DNA of 48,275 nucleotides, taken from contig CAYRDV010000001.1 in NCBI GenBank assembly GCA_964422885.1, positions 1 to 48,275 of the forward strand, in the 5' to 3' direction. Each line of letters opens with the position of its first letter. Within the stretch, counting starts at the first letter, position 1. Below the pieces are notes generated by a model, which did not search any database, was not told the DNA's origin, and saw only the letters and a program-made list of their open reading frames with translations. A program made the position numbers and the translations under genes. This document shows, piece after piece, positions 40,921 through 48,275 of the stretch. The stretch comes from an uncultured Candidatus Sericytochromatia bacterium (GTDB taxonomy: Bacteria; Cyanobacteriota; Sericytochromatia; UBA7694; JACMQJ01).

Positions 40921-42255
40921 TTAGCTATTAATCACTTTCTTTAAGGGCGAAAGAATCATCCCCTTAACTAAATTTTTCTGATAAGATTTTTCTTCTTCTA
41001 ATCTTCCAGTCATAAATTGTTCAATATTTGCCTTGGCATATACCTGTGAAAAATTACTGACTTCACCAGTTGCTTTCCATATTGCTTCACTAAAAGCTGT
41101 ATTAAGTTTATGCTCCAAATCTTTTGTAAATTCAATCTCAGACTGATAATTTTTTAAATAAATCGAAAGTGTAAATAAAGCTGCTCCAAGACTATAAGAA
41201 GCTGACTTCATATTATAACCAATATTTATCTTACCATAAATAACTTCCGAAACGATTGATTTAATTGTTTCAGCCATGATTCTTGCGTCATCATCATGAG
41301 GTGACATTGCCATAAGACCTGTAACAAGCATTTTTACCAAATCTTTTTGTGAAAGATTTGATTCCTGAGCTGCCTTTAAAGAACCCTGAACTATTTCTCT
41401 AACCAGACTTTTGTATTCAGGTGTAAGAACATCATTAATGTTTTCCATACCATTTACTATTTGGGCATATAGATTTTTTTGCATACTGATACTTATGCCA
41501 TTTTTTTCTTTACGATCAACATTTGCTGTTACAGTATTGTATATGGCAGAACCAACCTGACCAAGGTCATATTCTTTAAGGTTGTCTATTACTGTTTTAT
41601 TTCTAACACTACCAATGCTGGTCGTACCGGATGCAACAAACATATCCTGTGTTTGGCTTTCACTAACTTTTGCCCCTTCAATTACTGAAAGAGGTTTTGG
41701 AGCAAACACAGCTTGTTTACGACGACGTCTGCGTCTGCCATTTTCATCTTCATCATCATCATCCGAATTACTCCGGCGATTAACCCAACTATTACTTATC
41801 TGAGATTTACCTCTCGGAACTCCTTCATTAAATCCTAAAACACTTTTACCATTAGCATTAGTATGTTCACTATTTTGATCATCTGTTTTTGATCTTCTTT
41901 CGCCTACCTGATCATTTTTATCAGCTGTTGAACCTTTTTGGGTACTTAACTGAGTCATAAATTTCTGTGCTTCCTGAGTAGATGTGTTCTGTGGGCTTAC
42001 TGGTTTTCCGCTTATATCTGGACGGGTCTCTTCATTTTTTGGCGCATTTGCTGCTGTTTTAATAGCCGTAAATGCTGCTTTATCTTCTTTAACTACAGTT
42101 TCAGCTAACATTTGTGTCTTGGCATCTTTGGCATTTCCTAGTTTTTGCCCGAACTCAGGGTTTTTAACATCACTTTTGTTATTAAAATTAGCGTATCTTT
42201 CTGCAATATTGCTTGCTGCATTTGAAAGATTAATGTTTGAACTCCCATAACTCAT
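40921..42255 (-). CDS. Hypothetical protein, paralogue A (~200-aa disordered N-terminus with an acidic-then-basic block + conserved ~238-aa domain)
   Basis: Low-complexity N-terminus ending in SDDDDEDENGRRRRRRKQ. The C-terminal domain is paralogous to 39964..40884. Confidence 0.7.
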   Translation of the reverse strand: MSYGSSNINLSNAASNIAERYANFNNKSDVKNPEFGQKLGNAKDAKTQMLAETVVKEDKAAFTAIKTAANAPKNEETRPDISGKPVSPQNTSTQEAQKFMTQLSTQKGSTADKNDQVGERRSKTDDQNSEHTNANGKSVLGFNEGVPRGKSQISNSWVNRRSNSDDDDEDENGRRRRRRKQAVFAPKPLSVIEGAKVSESQTQDMFVASGTTSIGSVRNKTVIDNLKEYDLGQVGSAIYNTVTANVDRKEKNGISISMQKNLYAQIVNGMENINDVLTPEYKSLVREIVQGSLKAAQESNLSQKDLVKMLVTGLMAMSPHDDDARIMAETIKSIVSEVIYGKINIGYNMKSASYSLGAALFTLSIYLKNYQSEIEFTKDLEHKLNTAFSEAIWKATGEVSNFSQVYAKANIEQFMTGRLEEEKSYQKNLVKGMILSPLKKVINS

Positions 42256-42491
42256 AGTTTATTTACCCCAGTCTAAAAGATAGATATAAGATTACTATTT
42301 TACTAATTCTATTATAAAGCTTTAATTCGAGATATACCATTATAAGTTCAATAATTTTATTTTAATAAATTGTAAAAGTTAAACTTCTGTTTATATTACA
42401 GTTAAAATTTGATTCATAGTAGCAAGAATTTAACATTAAGTGATATATTTAAAAAAGAGAGTAAATTTTCAGAGTTGAGGGTTGAGAGAAA

Positions 42492-43001
42492 ATGACACAA
42501 GTTTATGGTAACTACGGTGCGCAGCCAGTATATGGTGCTCAACAACCTGCCGGTGCAGGGCCTGTTACTTACAGCCCAGGTATGCCTACCCCATACAGAA
42601 ATGATCAGTTTCAAAATACTCAGCAAAATAATGGCGGTTTATTAGGTGGCTTAACAGCTAATAACAAACCTTATGTAACCAAACAAACTGTTATTACAGC
42701 AGCAGCTCTGGGCATCGGTGGTTTTCTTTGTTTCGGGCCAATTGGTGGAATAATCGGTGCTATCGTTGGTTTATTAATCGGAATTTTCTCCAATATGTCA
42801 AAAATGAAATCTGAAGAAAAAATGGCTCAGCAACAACCTAATGGCGGTATGCCAACCCAGCAAATGTATAGCCAAAATCAGCCAATGTCAGCTAATCAGC
42901 AATATTATCAGCAGAGAATGCAGCAACAGCAACAACAGCAGCAACAACAGGGTGGGCAACAGCAGCCTTTCAACCCTTATCAGCAATATCAGCAAAGATA
43001 A
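42492..43001 (+). CDS. Q/N/Y-rich low-complexity protein with a central glycine-zipper transmembrane segment
   Basis: GAGG Shine-Dalgarno. N-terminus VYGNYGAQPVYGAQQP. TM/glycine zipper GIGGFLCFGPIGGIIGAIVGLLIGIF. The C-terminus is Q-rich, including 10 consecutive Gln codons (42921-42950, mixed CAG/CAA). Confidence 0.65.
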   Translation: MTQVYGNYGAQPVYGAQQPAGAGPVTYSPGMPTPYRNDQFQNTQQNNGGLLGGLTANNKPYVTKQTVITAAALGIGGFLCFGPIGGIIGAIVGLLIGIFSNMSKMKSEEKMAQQQPNGGMPTQQMYSQNQPMSANQQYYQQRMQQQQQQQQQQGGQQQPFNPYQQYQQR

Positions 43002-43011
43002 AATAAACAAT

Positions 43012-43039
43012 AAAAAAAAGGCTTTAAGCCTTTTTTTTA
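43012..43039 (+). terminator. Rho-independent terminator (A8-GGCTT-T-AAGCC-T8)
   Basis: Palindrome just after the TAA at 42999-43001. The GC stem is short and extended by A/T pairs. Confidence 0.55.
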
Positions 43040-43066
43040 TTGTTTATTGGATATGAGGTTTTTAGA

Positions 43067-44173
43067 TTGTTGGATAAATCAGAGTTTAAAGTTAAAGGAG
43101 AATCATTTGACCAAAAAGATTGGAAAGCAGTTCAAATACATTGTCATTCTAAATATGGAGATGGTACAAAATCAGTAAAGCAATTATTAAAAATTGCCAG
43201 AAAAGAATCACTTGATGCAATAGCAATTACGGATCATAACAATATTAACCAGATTAATGATCCTGATTTTAAATCGAAAGATAATCTGACTGTTATCAGT
43301 GGCTATGAATGGGGAAATGTCTCAAAGCATACTCCAGGAGAAAATGAAGAATATGAAACTTCAAATCTGACAGGAAAGGCAAAAAGAATTACAAGAGGCC
43401 CTCATGCTGGAATATTAAATATTGGAAATGATACATTAATCAAAGCTTCACTTGAAATTGATAATCTGATTGAGCAGGTTAGACATACAAAAGCTACTAT
43501 TATAATTAATCACCCAAAATTAAAGGGCCATAACTGGCCTGAAGATATTCCTTCAGAATTTATTCAGGCAATTGAGATCTGGAATTCAAGATTTTCTGTC
43601 TTACCGCGAAGGAAGACAAAAACTGAAGACTTTGAACCAATTGAACCAGGCAATTTAGCTGTCCATAATTATGATGCCTTAAAATGGTGGGACAGTTTGT
43701 TAAAAATGGGACTTAGAATAACTGCTGTTGCTGGCAGCAATTTTCACCGATGGCCTCAAAGGCTTAGTAGCCCCTGTATACTCACATATGCTCCCAATAA
43801 TACAGTAGATGAAATTATGAATTCTATCAGAAATGGGAATGTTATATTGGTGCAAAAGCCTGAAATAAAAGTTTTTTTTAAAGCCAGAGAAAATAAAAAT
43901 GAACACTTTTATTTTAATGTTGGTGATTCTATAAAATCATCAAGTAATATTTATTTTACGGCAATACTTGAAAAAGTAAAGGGTAGTACTCTATTTATAT
44001 ATACCAGAGACGGGCTTTATCAGAGTCTAAAAATACCATCCAATAATTTTATTTTTGAATTTAAACATGCTTCCAGAAAATCCGAAAAGGATTTTATTCG
44101 CCTTGAAGTAAGAGCTTCTATCAACTCAAGGATTGTCCGGGCAATAACCAACCCTATTTATATAAATTATTAA
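43067..44173 (+). CDS. PHP-domain metal-dependent phosphoesterase (CehA/McbA-like)
   Basis: QIHCHSKYGDG and AIAITDHNN are PHP motifs I/II, with later HAGILN and INHP. There is no in-frame ATG before the HCH motif. The listed TTG (43040) lies inside the upstream terminator, so the TTG at 43067 or 43070 is more plausible. Confidence 0.65.
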   Translation: MLDKSEFKVKGESFDQKDWKAVQIHCHSKYGDGTKSVKQLLKIARKESLDAIAITDHNNINQINDPDFKSKDNLTVISGYEWGNVSKHTPGENEEYETSNLTGKAKRITRGPHAGILNIGNDTLIKASLEIDNLIEQVRHTKATIIINHPKLKGHNWPEDIPSEFIQAIEIWNSRFSVLPRRKTKTEDFEPIEPGNLAVHNYDALKWWDSLLKMGLRITAVAGSNFHRWPQRLSSPCILTYAPNNTVDEIMNSIRNGNVILVQKPEIKVFFKARENKNEHFYFNVGDSIKSSSNIYFTAILEKVKGSTLFIYTRDGLYQSLKIPSNNFIFEFKHASRKSEKDFIRLEVRASINSRIVRAITNPIYINY

Positions 44174-44291
44174 TATCAATCATTGATACAAAAATATTCA
44201 TATTATCCTGATTAATAGGTTATAATGAATCGTCTCTGTTTTTGCGGGACAATAAATAATAAAATCTACCTGATGGAGTTTTACAAAAAGA

Positions 44292-45119
44292 ATGATTGAA
44301 GATTATAAAGTAAGGATCAAAGAGGCAAGTGATTTTATAAAATCAAAAACAGGCTGTATTCCTGAATATGCACTTGTTTTGGGCTCTGGACTCGGTGAGC
44401 TGGCAAATGAGGTAGAAGGTAAAGTTGTCTTACCTTATAAGGATATACCCAATTTTGTTATATCAACTGCTCCTAGTCATGCTGGCAATCTGGTAATTGG
44501 AAAACTTTCTGGTAAAAATGTTGCTGTAATGCAGGGTAGAGTACACCTATATGAAGGTTATTCCCCAAAAGAAGTTGCTTTACCTGTCAGAGTAATGCAT
44601 CAGCTTGGAGTTAAAACTCTTTTGACTACCTGTGCTACAGGTGGTCTTAACAAAAACTTTAAAGCCGGAGATTTGATGCTGATTACAGATCATATAAATC
44701 TTTCAGGATGTAATCCTCTTACAGGTGCAAATGATCCTGAAATGGGTGTGAGATTCCCTGTTATGTTTGATGCTTATAATCCAAAACTCAGAGAAATTGC
44801 CAGGAAAGTTGCCATTGAAAATAAAATTTATCTTCATGAAGGTGTTTACCTTGGAATTGCCGGACCTGTATTTTTTACCCGTGCTGAACTTAGATATGCA
44901 ATAAGTCTTGGTGCTGATGCAATTGGTATGTCAGTCATACAGGAAGTAATTGCGGCCATTCATTCGGGAATGAAGGTTATGGGGATTGGTAATATTACAG
45001 ATATGGCACTTCCTGATCTTGAACATCATGCTACTGAAAAAGAAGTTTTGGAAATTGCCAATCGTACAGGCCCTGTCTTTAGACAGTTGTTAAAATCAAT
45101 TCTTGCTGAAATGGAATAG
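44292..45119 (+). CDS. punA: Purine nucleoside phosphorylase, trimeric (PNP-I) type
   Basis: SHAGNLVIGKLSGKNVAVMQGRVHLYEGY, TCATGGLN and GMSVIQEVIAA are typical of inosine/guanosine phosphorylases. Confidence 0.85.
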   Translation: MIEDYKVRIKEASDFIKSKTGCIPEYALVLGSGLGELANEVEGKVVLPYKDIPNFVISTAPSHAGNLVIGKLSGKNVAVMQGRVHLYEGYSPKEVALPVRVMHQLGVKTLLTTCATGGLNKNFKAGDLMLITDHINLSGCNPLTGANDPEMGVRFPVMFDAYNPKLREIARKVAIENKIYLHEGVYLGIAGPVFFTRAELRYAISLGADAIGMSVIQEVIAAIHSGMKVMGIGNITDMALPDLEHHATEKEVLEIANRTGPVFRQLLKSILAEME

Positions 45120-45123
45120 TTAG

Positions 45124-46014
45124 ATGGTTGTTAAAGAGAAAACCGAAAAACAGGAAGAAACCTCATCTCCAAATAAATTTAGTCTTTTTTTCCGGAGAGC
45201 CCGTCGGAATAAAGCTTTTATGCTTGGTGGTACTGTTATTATTGTATTTTTTATTTTAGCTCTTATTCCAGGCGTTTTTGCTCCTTATGACCCATTTGCC
45301 AAAGATCTTTCAGATCGCCTGCTTAAACCTTCAAATATTCATCTGTTGGGAACCGATGACCTTGGAAGAGATATTTTAAGCCGAATAATATATGGAGCAC
45401 AGATCTCTTTTGAATATGGTCTTTTAGCGGTTGTAATAGCAATGCTTATTGGTTCTACAATCGGTGTAATTGCTGGTTATTTCGGCGGAAAAATAGATGA
45501 AGTCTTGATGCGCGGTATAGACGTTGTACTGGCTTTTCCAAGCATTTTACTGGCAATACTGATAGTAGCCATTCTTGGGCCTAAACTTGAAAATGCAATG
45601 ATTGCTATTGGTATTGTAAATGCACCTGCTTATGCAAGATTATTAAGATCTTCTACCCTTACCATTAAAAATAATGAGTTTATTGAAGCTGCTATTGCTA
45701 ATGGTTCTTCTCACACCAGAATTATTTTTTCCCATATTATTCCAAACTGCATGACTCCAATTATAGTTCAGGCAACTCTTGGAATCGGTTCGGCAATTTT
45801 GGAAATGGCTGGTTTAAGTTTTTTGGGTTTGGGGGCACAACCTCCTACTCCTGAATGGGGAGCAATGTTAAATAATGCCCGGGAATTTATTCGCTCAGCT
45901 CCGTGGGTTATTACATTTCCTGGTATTGCAATAATATTTGTTGTTCTTGCTTTTAATTTGCTTGGTGATGGTCTGAGAGACCTGCTTGACCCACATACTG
46001 CAAAAAAACATTAG
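45124..46014 (+). CDS. ABC transporter permease, DppC/OppC-like (binding-protein-dependent transport inner-membrane component)
   Basis: Multiple TM helices. EAA loop is FIEAAIANGSSHTRIIFSHIIPN. The N-terminus is OppC_N-like (FAPYDPF). It starts 4 nt after the punA stop. Confidence 0.85.
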   Translation: MVVKEKTEKQEETSSPNKFSLFFRRARRNKAFMLGGTVIIVFFILALIPGVFAPYDPFAKDLSDRLLKPSNIHLLGTDDLGRDILSRIIYGAQISFEYGLLAVVIAMLIGSTIGVIAGYFGGKIDEVLMRGIDVVLAFPSILLAILIVAILGPKLENAMIAIGIVNAPAYARLLRSSTLTIKNNEFIEAAIANGSSHTRIIFSHIIPNCMTPIIVQATLGIGSAILEMAGLSFLGLGAQPPTPEWGAMLNNAREFIRSAPWVITFPGIAIIFVVLAFNLLGDGLRDLLDPHTAKKH

Positions 46015-46035
46015 TTTTCACAAAAAATTAAAACC

Positions 46036-46139
46036 ACAGATTGTACAGATAAACTCCAGATGTTAACAGATATTAATTTAAAGTTTATTATATAATTTTT
46101 ATCTGTATTAATCTATGTCCTTATCTGAATATATCTGTA
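46036..46139. promoter_or_regulatory. ACAGAT / ATCTGT repeat cluster forming an imperfect ~33-bp inverted repeat upstream of the P450 gene
   Basis: ACAGAT at 46036, 46045 and 46067; CAGAT at 46057. ATCTGT at 46101 and 46133; ATCTG at 46123. Arms TACAGATAAACTCCAGATGTTAACAGATATTAA (46044-46076) and TTAATCTATGTCCTTATCTGAATATATCTGTA (46108-46139) are roughly complementary. Confidence 0.4.
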
Positions 46140-46167
46140 GTAAATAATAATTAAGGTATAAAAATTA

Positions 46168-47541
46168 GTGCTTGGAAAAAATCTGGAAACACAACTACCA
46201 AATCCACCAGGTCCGGTGGGTAATTTTATTCTTGGAAGTCTAAAAGAGGTTGCAGTTAACCCGATTCGACTTTTTATGGAATCTACAGATAAATATGGTG
46301 ATATAGTACGCTTTCGTTTTGCAAAACTTGTTGCTTATCTGATAAGTAATCCTGATTATATTAAATACGTTTTTATTGATAATGCTTCAAATTACAGAAA
46401 AGCTTCAACATATAAAAAATTAAAGCCAATACTTGGCGAAGGCCTTCTTACCAGTGAAGGAAACTTATGGCAAAAGCAAAGAAAGTTTTTTCAACCGATT
46501 TTTCAGCGAAATAAAATGGAAGGTTTTTTTGATACAATAACTGATTCAATAAATTTAATGCTTGAAAAGTGGGAATCTTTGGCTCCTGAAGATTCTCTAA
46601 TAGATATATCAGCCGAAATGATGAATGTTACACTTGGGGTTACTACTCAGGCTCTTTTTAGTAAGGATATCAGTAATGAAGCTGTTGAATTACGACAGGC
46701 TTTTACAATTGCATTAGAATATGCGAATCATCGGATGACCTCACTTGTTTCATTTTCAGAATATCTGCCAACCAGTTTTAATAGACGTTATAAAAAGGCT
46801 TATGAAATTTTAGAGCGTTTTGTTTATGACCTAATTTCAGAACGAAAAGGGAAAGAATCTCAATACCACGATCTTTTGTCAACAATGCTTTTTGGTGAAG
46901 TTTCTGCAAAAGATGAAAAAATGAGTGACAAGCAAATTCGTGATGAAATAATGACTTTTATTCTTGCTGGTCATGAAACGACTGCCAATACTCTTTCATG
47001 GGCCTGGTACCTACTTGCAGTGAATCCTGAAGTTAAAAAAAAGCTGGATAATGAATTAAAAATTGTTTTAAATGGTAAAAAACCTACTTATCAGGATTTA
47101 AAAGAATTAAAATATACAGCAATGATTATTCAGGAAGTGATGAGATTATACCCTCCAATATGGATAATTGAAAGAGATGCTTTACAGGATGATGAAATAG
47201 GTGGATATTTTATACCTGCTGGAGCAATGATGATGCTTAGCCCATATGTTACTCACCATAGCCCTTTATTATGGGAAAAGCCTGAGGAGTTTATTCCAGA
47301 AAGGTTTTTACCTGAACTAATCGCAAAAAGGGCAAAATTTGCTTATTTTCCTTTTGGAGGAGGTTCAAGGCAGTGTATTGGTAACCATTTTGCGATGATG
47401 GAGGCACAACTTCTGATTGCTATTATTGCTCAAAAATTTGATTTTGAACTTGATAAAAACCATTTAGTCGAAAAAGAATCAGTAATAACTTTAAGACCCA
47501 AATATGGAATAAAAATGAAAATTCATAAAAGACTCAAATGA
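46168..47541 (+). CDS. Cytochrome P450
   Basis: GTG start retains the PPGP hinge. I-helix AGHETT, ExxR EVMRLYPP, and heme-Cys loop FPFGGGSRQCIGNHFA. Confidence 0.9.
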   Translation: MLGKNLETQLPNPPGPVGNFILGSLKEVAVNPIRLFMESTDKYGDIVRFRFAKLVAYLISNPDYIKYVFIDNASNYRKASTYKKLKPILGEGLLTSEGNLWQKQRKFFQPIFQRNKMEGFFDTITDSINLMLEKWESLAPEDSLIDISAEMMNVTLGVTTQALFSKDISNEAVELRQAFTIALEYANHRMTSLVSFSEYLPTSFNRRYKKAYEILERFVYDLISERKGKESQYHDLLSTMLFGEVSAKDEKMSDKQIRDEIMTFILAGHETTANTLSWAWYLLAVNPEVKKKLDNELKIVLNGKKPTYQDLKELKYTAMIIQEVMRLYPPIWIIERDALQDDEIGGYFIPAGAMMMLSPYVTHHSPLLWEKPEEFIPERFLPELIAKRAKFAYFPFGGGSRQCIGNHFAMMEAQLLIAIIAQKFDFELDKNHLVEKESVITLRPKYGIKMKIHKRLK

Positions 47542-47945
47542 TAATTTAAACCAATTGACACAGCAACTTCCATAAATTTTTCTGTATTAACCGGTTTTGA
47601 AACAAAGCTATCAGCATTTAAGTTCTCTTCTTTCAGAAAATCGATCTCATCTTCAGATGGAGTCAGAACTACTACAGGAATCTCTTTTAACCATTTATCA
47701 GCTTTAATTTCTTTTAAAACCTGTCTTCCATCCTTTTTTGGCATATGTAGATCCAAAAGGATGATATCAGGTTTTGGAACATTTTTATAATTTCCTTTGT
47801 GTTTTAAAAATTCCAAAGCTTCTACACCATCATTTACTATATGTAGGTGATTTTTTAATTTTCCTTCTTTAAAATATTCTTTTACCAGAAGAACATCAGC
47901 CTGATTATCTTCAATCATTAAAATCTCTAAAAAGTTTTCTTCCAC
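47523..47945 (-). CDS. Stand-alone response-regulator receiver (CheY-like)
   Basis: ILMIEDNQADVLL, phospho-acceptor context IILLDLHMPKKDG, VVVLTPS and the conserved Lys in SKP. No output domain is present. Confidence 0.85.
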   Translation of the reverse strand: MEENFLEILMIEDNQADVLLVKEYFKEGKLKNHLHIVNDGVEALEFLKHKGNYKNVPKPDIILLDLHMPKKDGRQVLKEIKADKWLKEIPVVVLTPSEDEIDFLKEENLNADSFVSKPVNTEKFMEVAVSIGLNYHLSLL

Positions 47946-48061
47946 TTATACCCTCTTTTATGGCAGTTTTAAAACTCCTACTCTTCAAAAACTAATATCA
48001 AAAAAATATCAATATCAAACAAACTAAATAAATTTTAAATCTTTTCATTAATAAAAAGGAA

Positions 48062-48275
48062 CTAATGTTTTGATGGTTCAACATGCGTTATTACATCTTT
48101 AACCCCATCCAACTCCAATTTTAATTTATTTTGAACCTGATGACCTATGTTATGGGCTTCAGTAATTGTCAACTCCGGTTCAACCTGAATGTGTAAATCA
48201 ATATGAATATTGTCCATAAGTCCTCTTGTTCTGATTTTATGAAGAAAAATTGCGAATATGAAGATAATAGATATA
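48062..48275 (-). CDS. C-terminal part of a cation diffusion facilitator (CDF) family transporter; 5' end beyond the window
   Basis: Not in the ORF track because no start lies in the window. My minus-strand translation reads ..LHKIRTRGLMDNIHIDLHIQVEPELTITEAHNIGHQVQNKLKLELDGVKDVITHVEPSKH*, which resembles the CDF cytoplasmic (ZT_dimer) domain. Stop at 48062-48064. Confidence 0.5.
   Translation of the reverse strand, partial: ISIIFIFAIFLHKIRTRGLMDNIHIDLHIQVEPELTITEAHNIGHQVQNKLKLELDGVKDVITHVEPSKH

Noticed and set aside
42414-43056. ORFs 42414..42626 (minus) and 42841..43056 (plus) overlapping the Q-rich gene
   Set aside because: The first is antisense to the Q/N-rich gene and the second is an alternative frame of it. 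The second simply reads the CAG/CAA tract as Ser/Asn repeats and runs through the terminator.
44174-44291. Possible purine riboswitch or promoter in the punA leader (TATAAT at 44221-44226)
   Set aside because: The leader is too short, and I could not fold it into the three-way junction of a purine riboswitch. The -35 match (TTCATA) is weak, so no feature was called.

Overview
AT-rich bacterial chromosomal window (about one third G+C by eye; lineage not assignable from sequence alone), densely coding and mostly on the minus strand. I found no integrase, transposase, phage, cas or CRISPR signature. Firm housekeeping calls are tRNA-Cys(GCA), gatA, rluD, ligA and punA. The window is rich in signalling genes. 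These include an 1832-aa Ser/Thr kinase-STAND ATPase-TPR-GAF-GAF-PP2C protein downstream of a sigma-like/anti-sigma pair, and an RsbW-STAS-hypothetical-GGDEF-ligA-HD-GYP gene string. There is also a stand-alone receiver and an orphan PilT-like ATPase. Many lipobox lipoproteins are present, plus oxygen- or metal-linked proteins (hemerythrin-like, truncated-globin-like, P450, cupin, heme-oxygenase-like di-iron domain). The best candidate for something undescribed is the minus-strand operon at 39583..42255. It holds two tandem paralogues with disordered charged N-termini and a shared ~238-aa domain I cannot place in any family, followed by a stop/start-abutting 126-aa gene. It is divergent from a Q/N/Y-rich glycine-zipper membrane protein. 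Second candidates are a translationally coupled cupin + cNMP-binding/heme-oxygenase-like pair (17880..19537), a GT2 / B12-radical-SAM fusion, and a GTGAGG/hairpin composite inverted repeat (23364..23546). All family calls rest on motifs read by eye from the translations; no searches were run.
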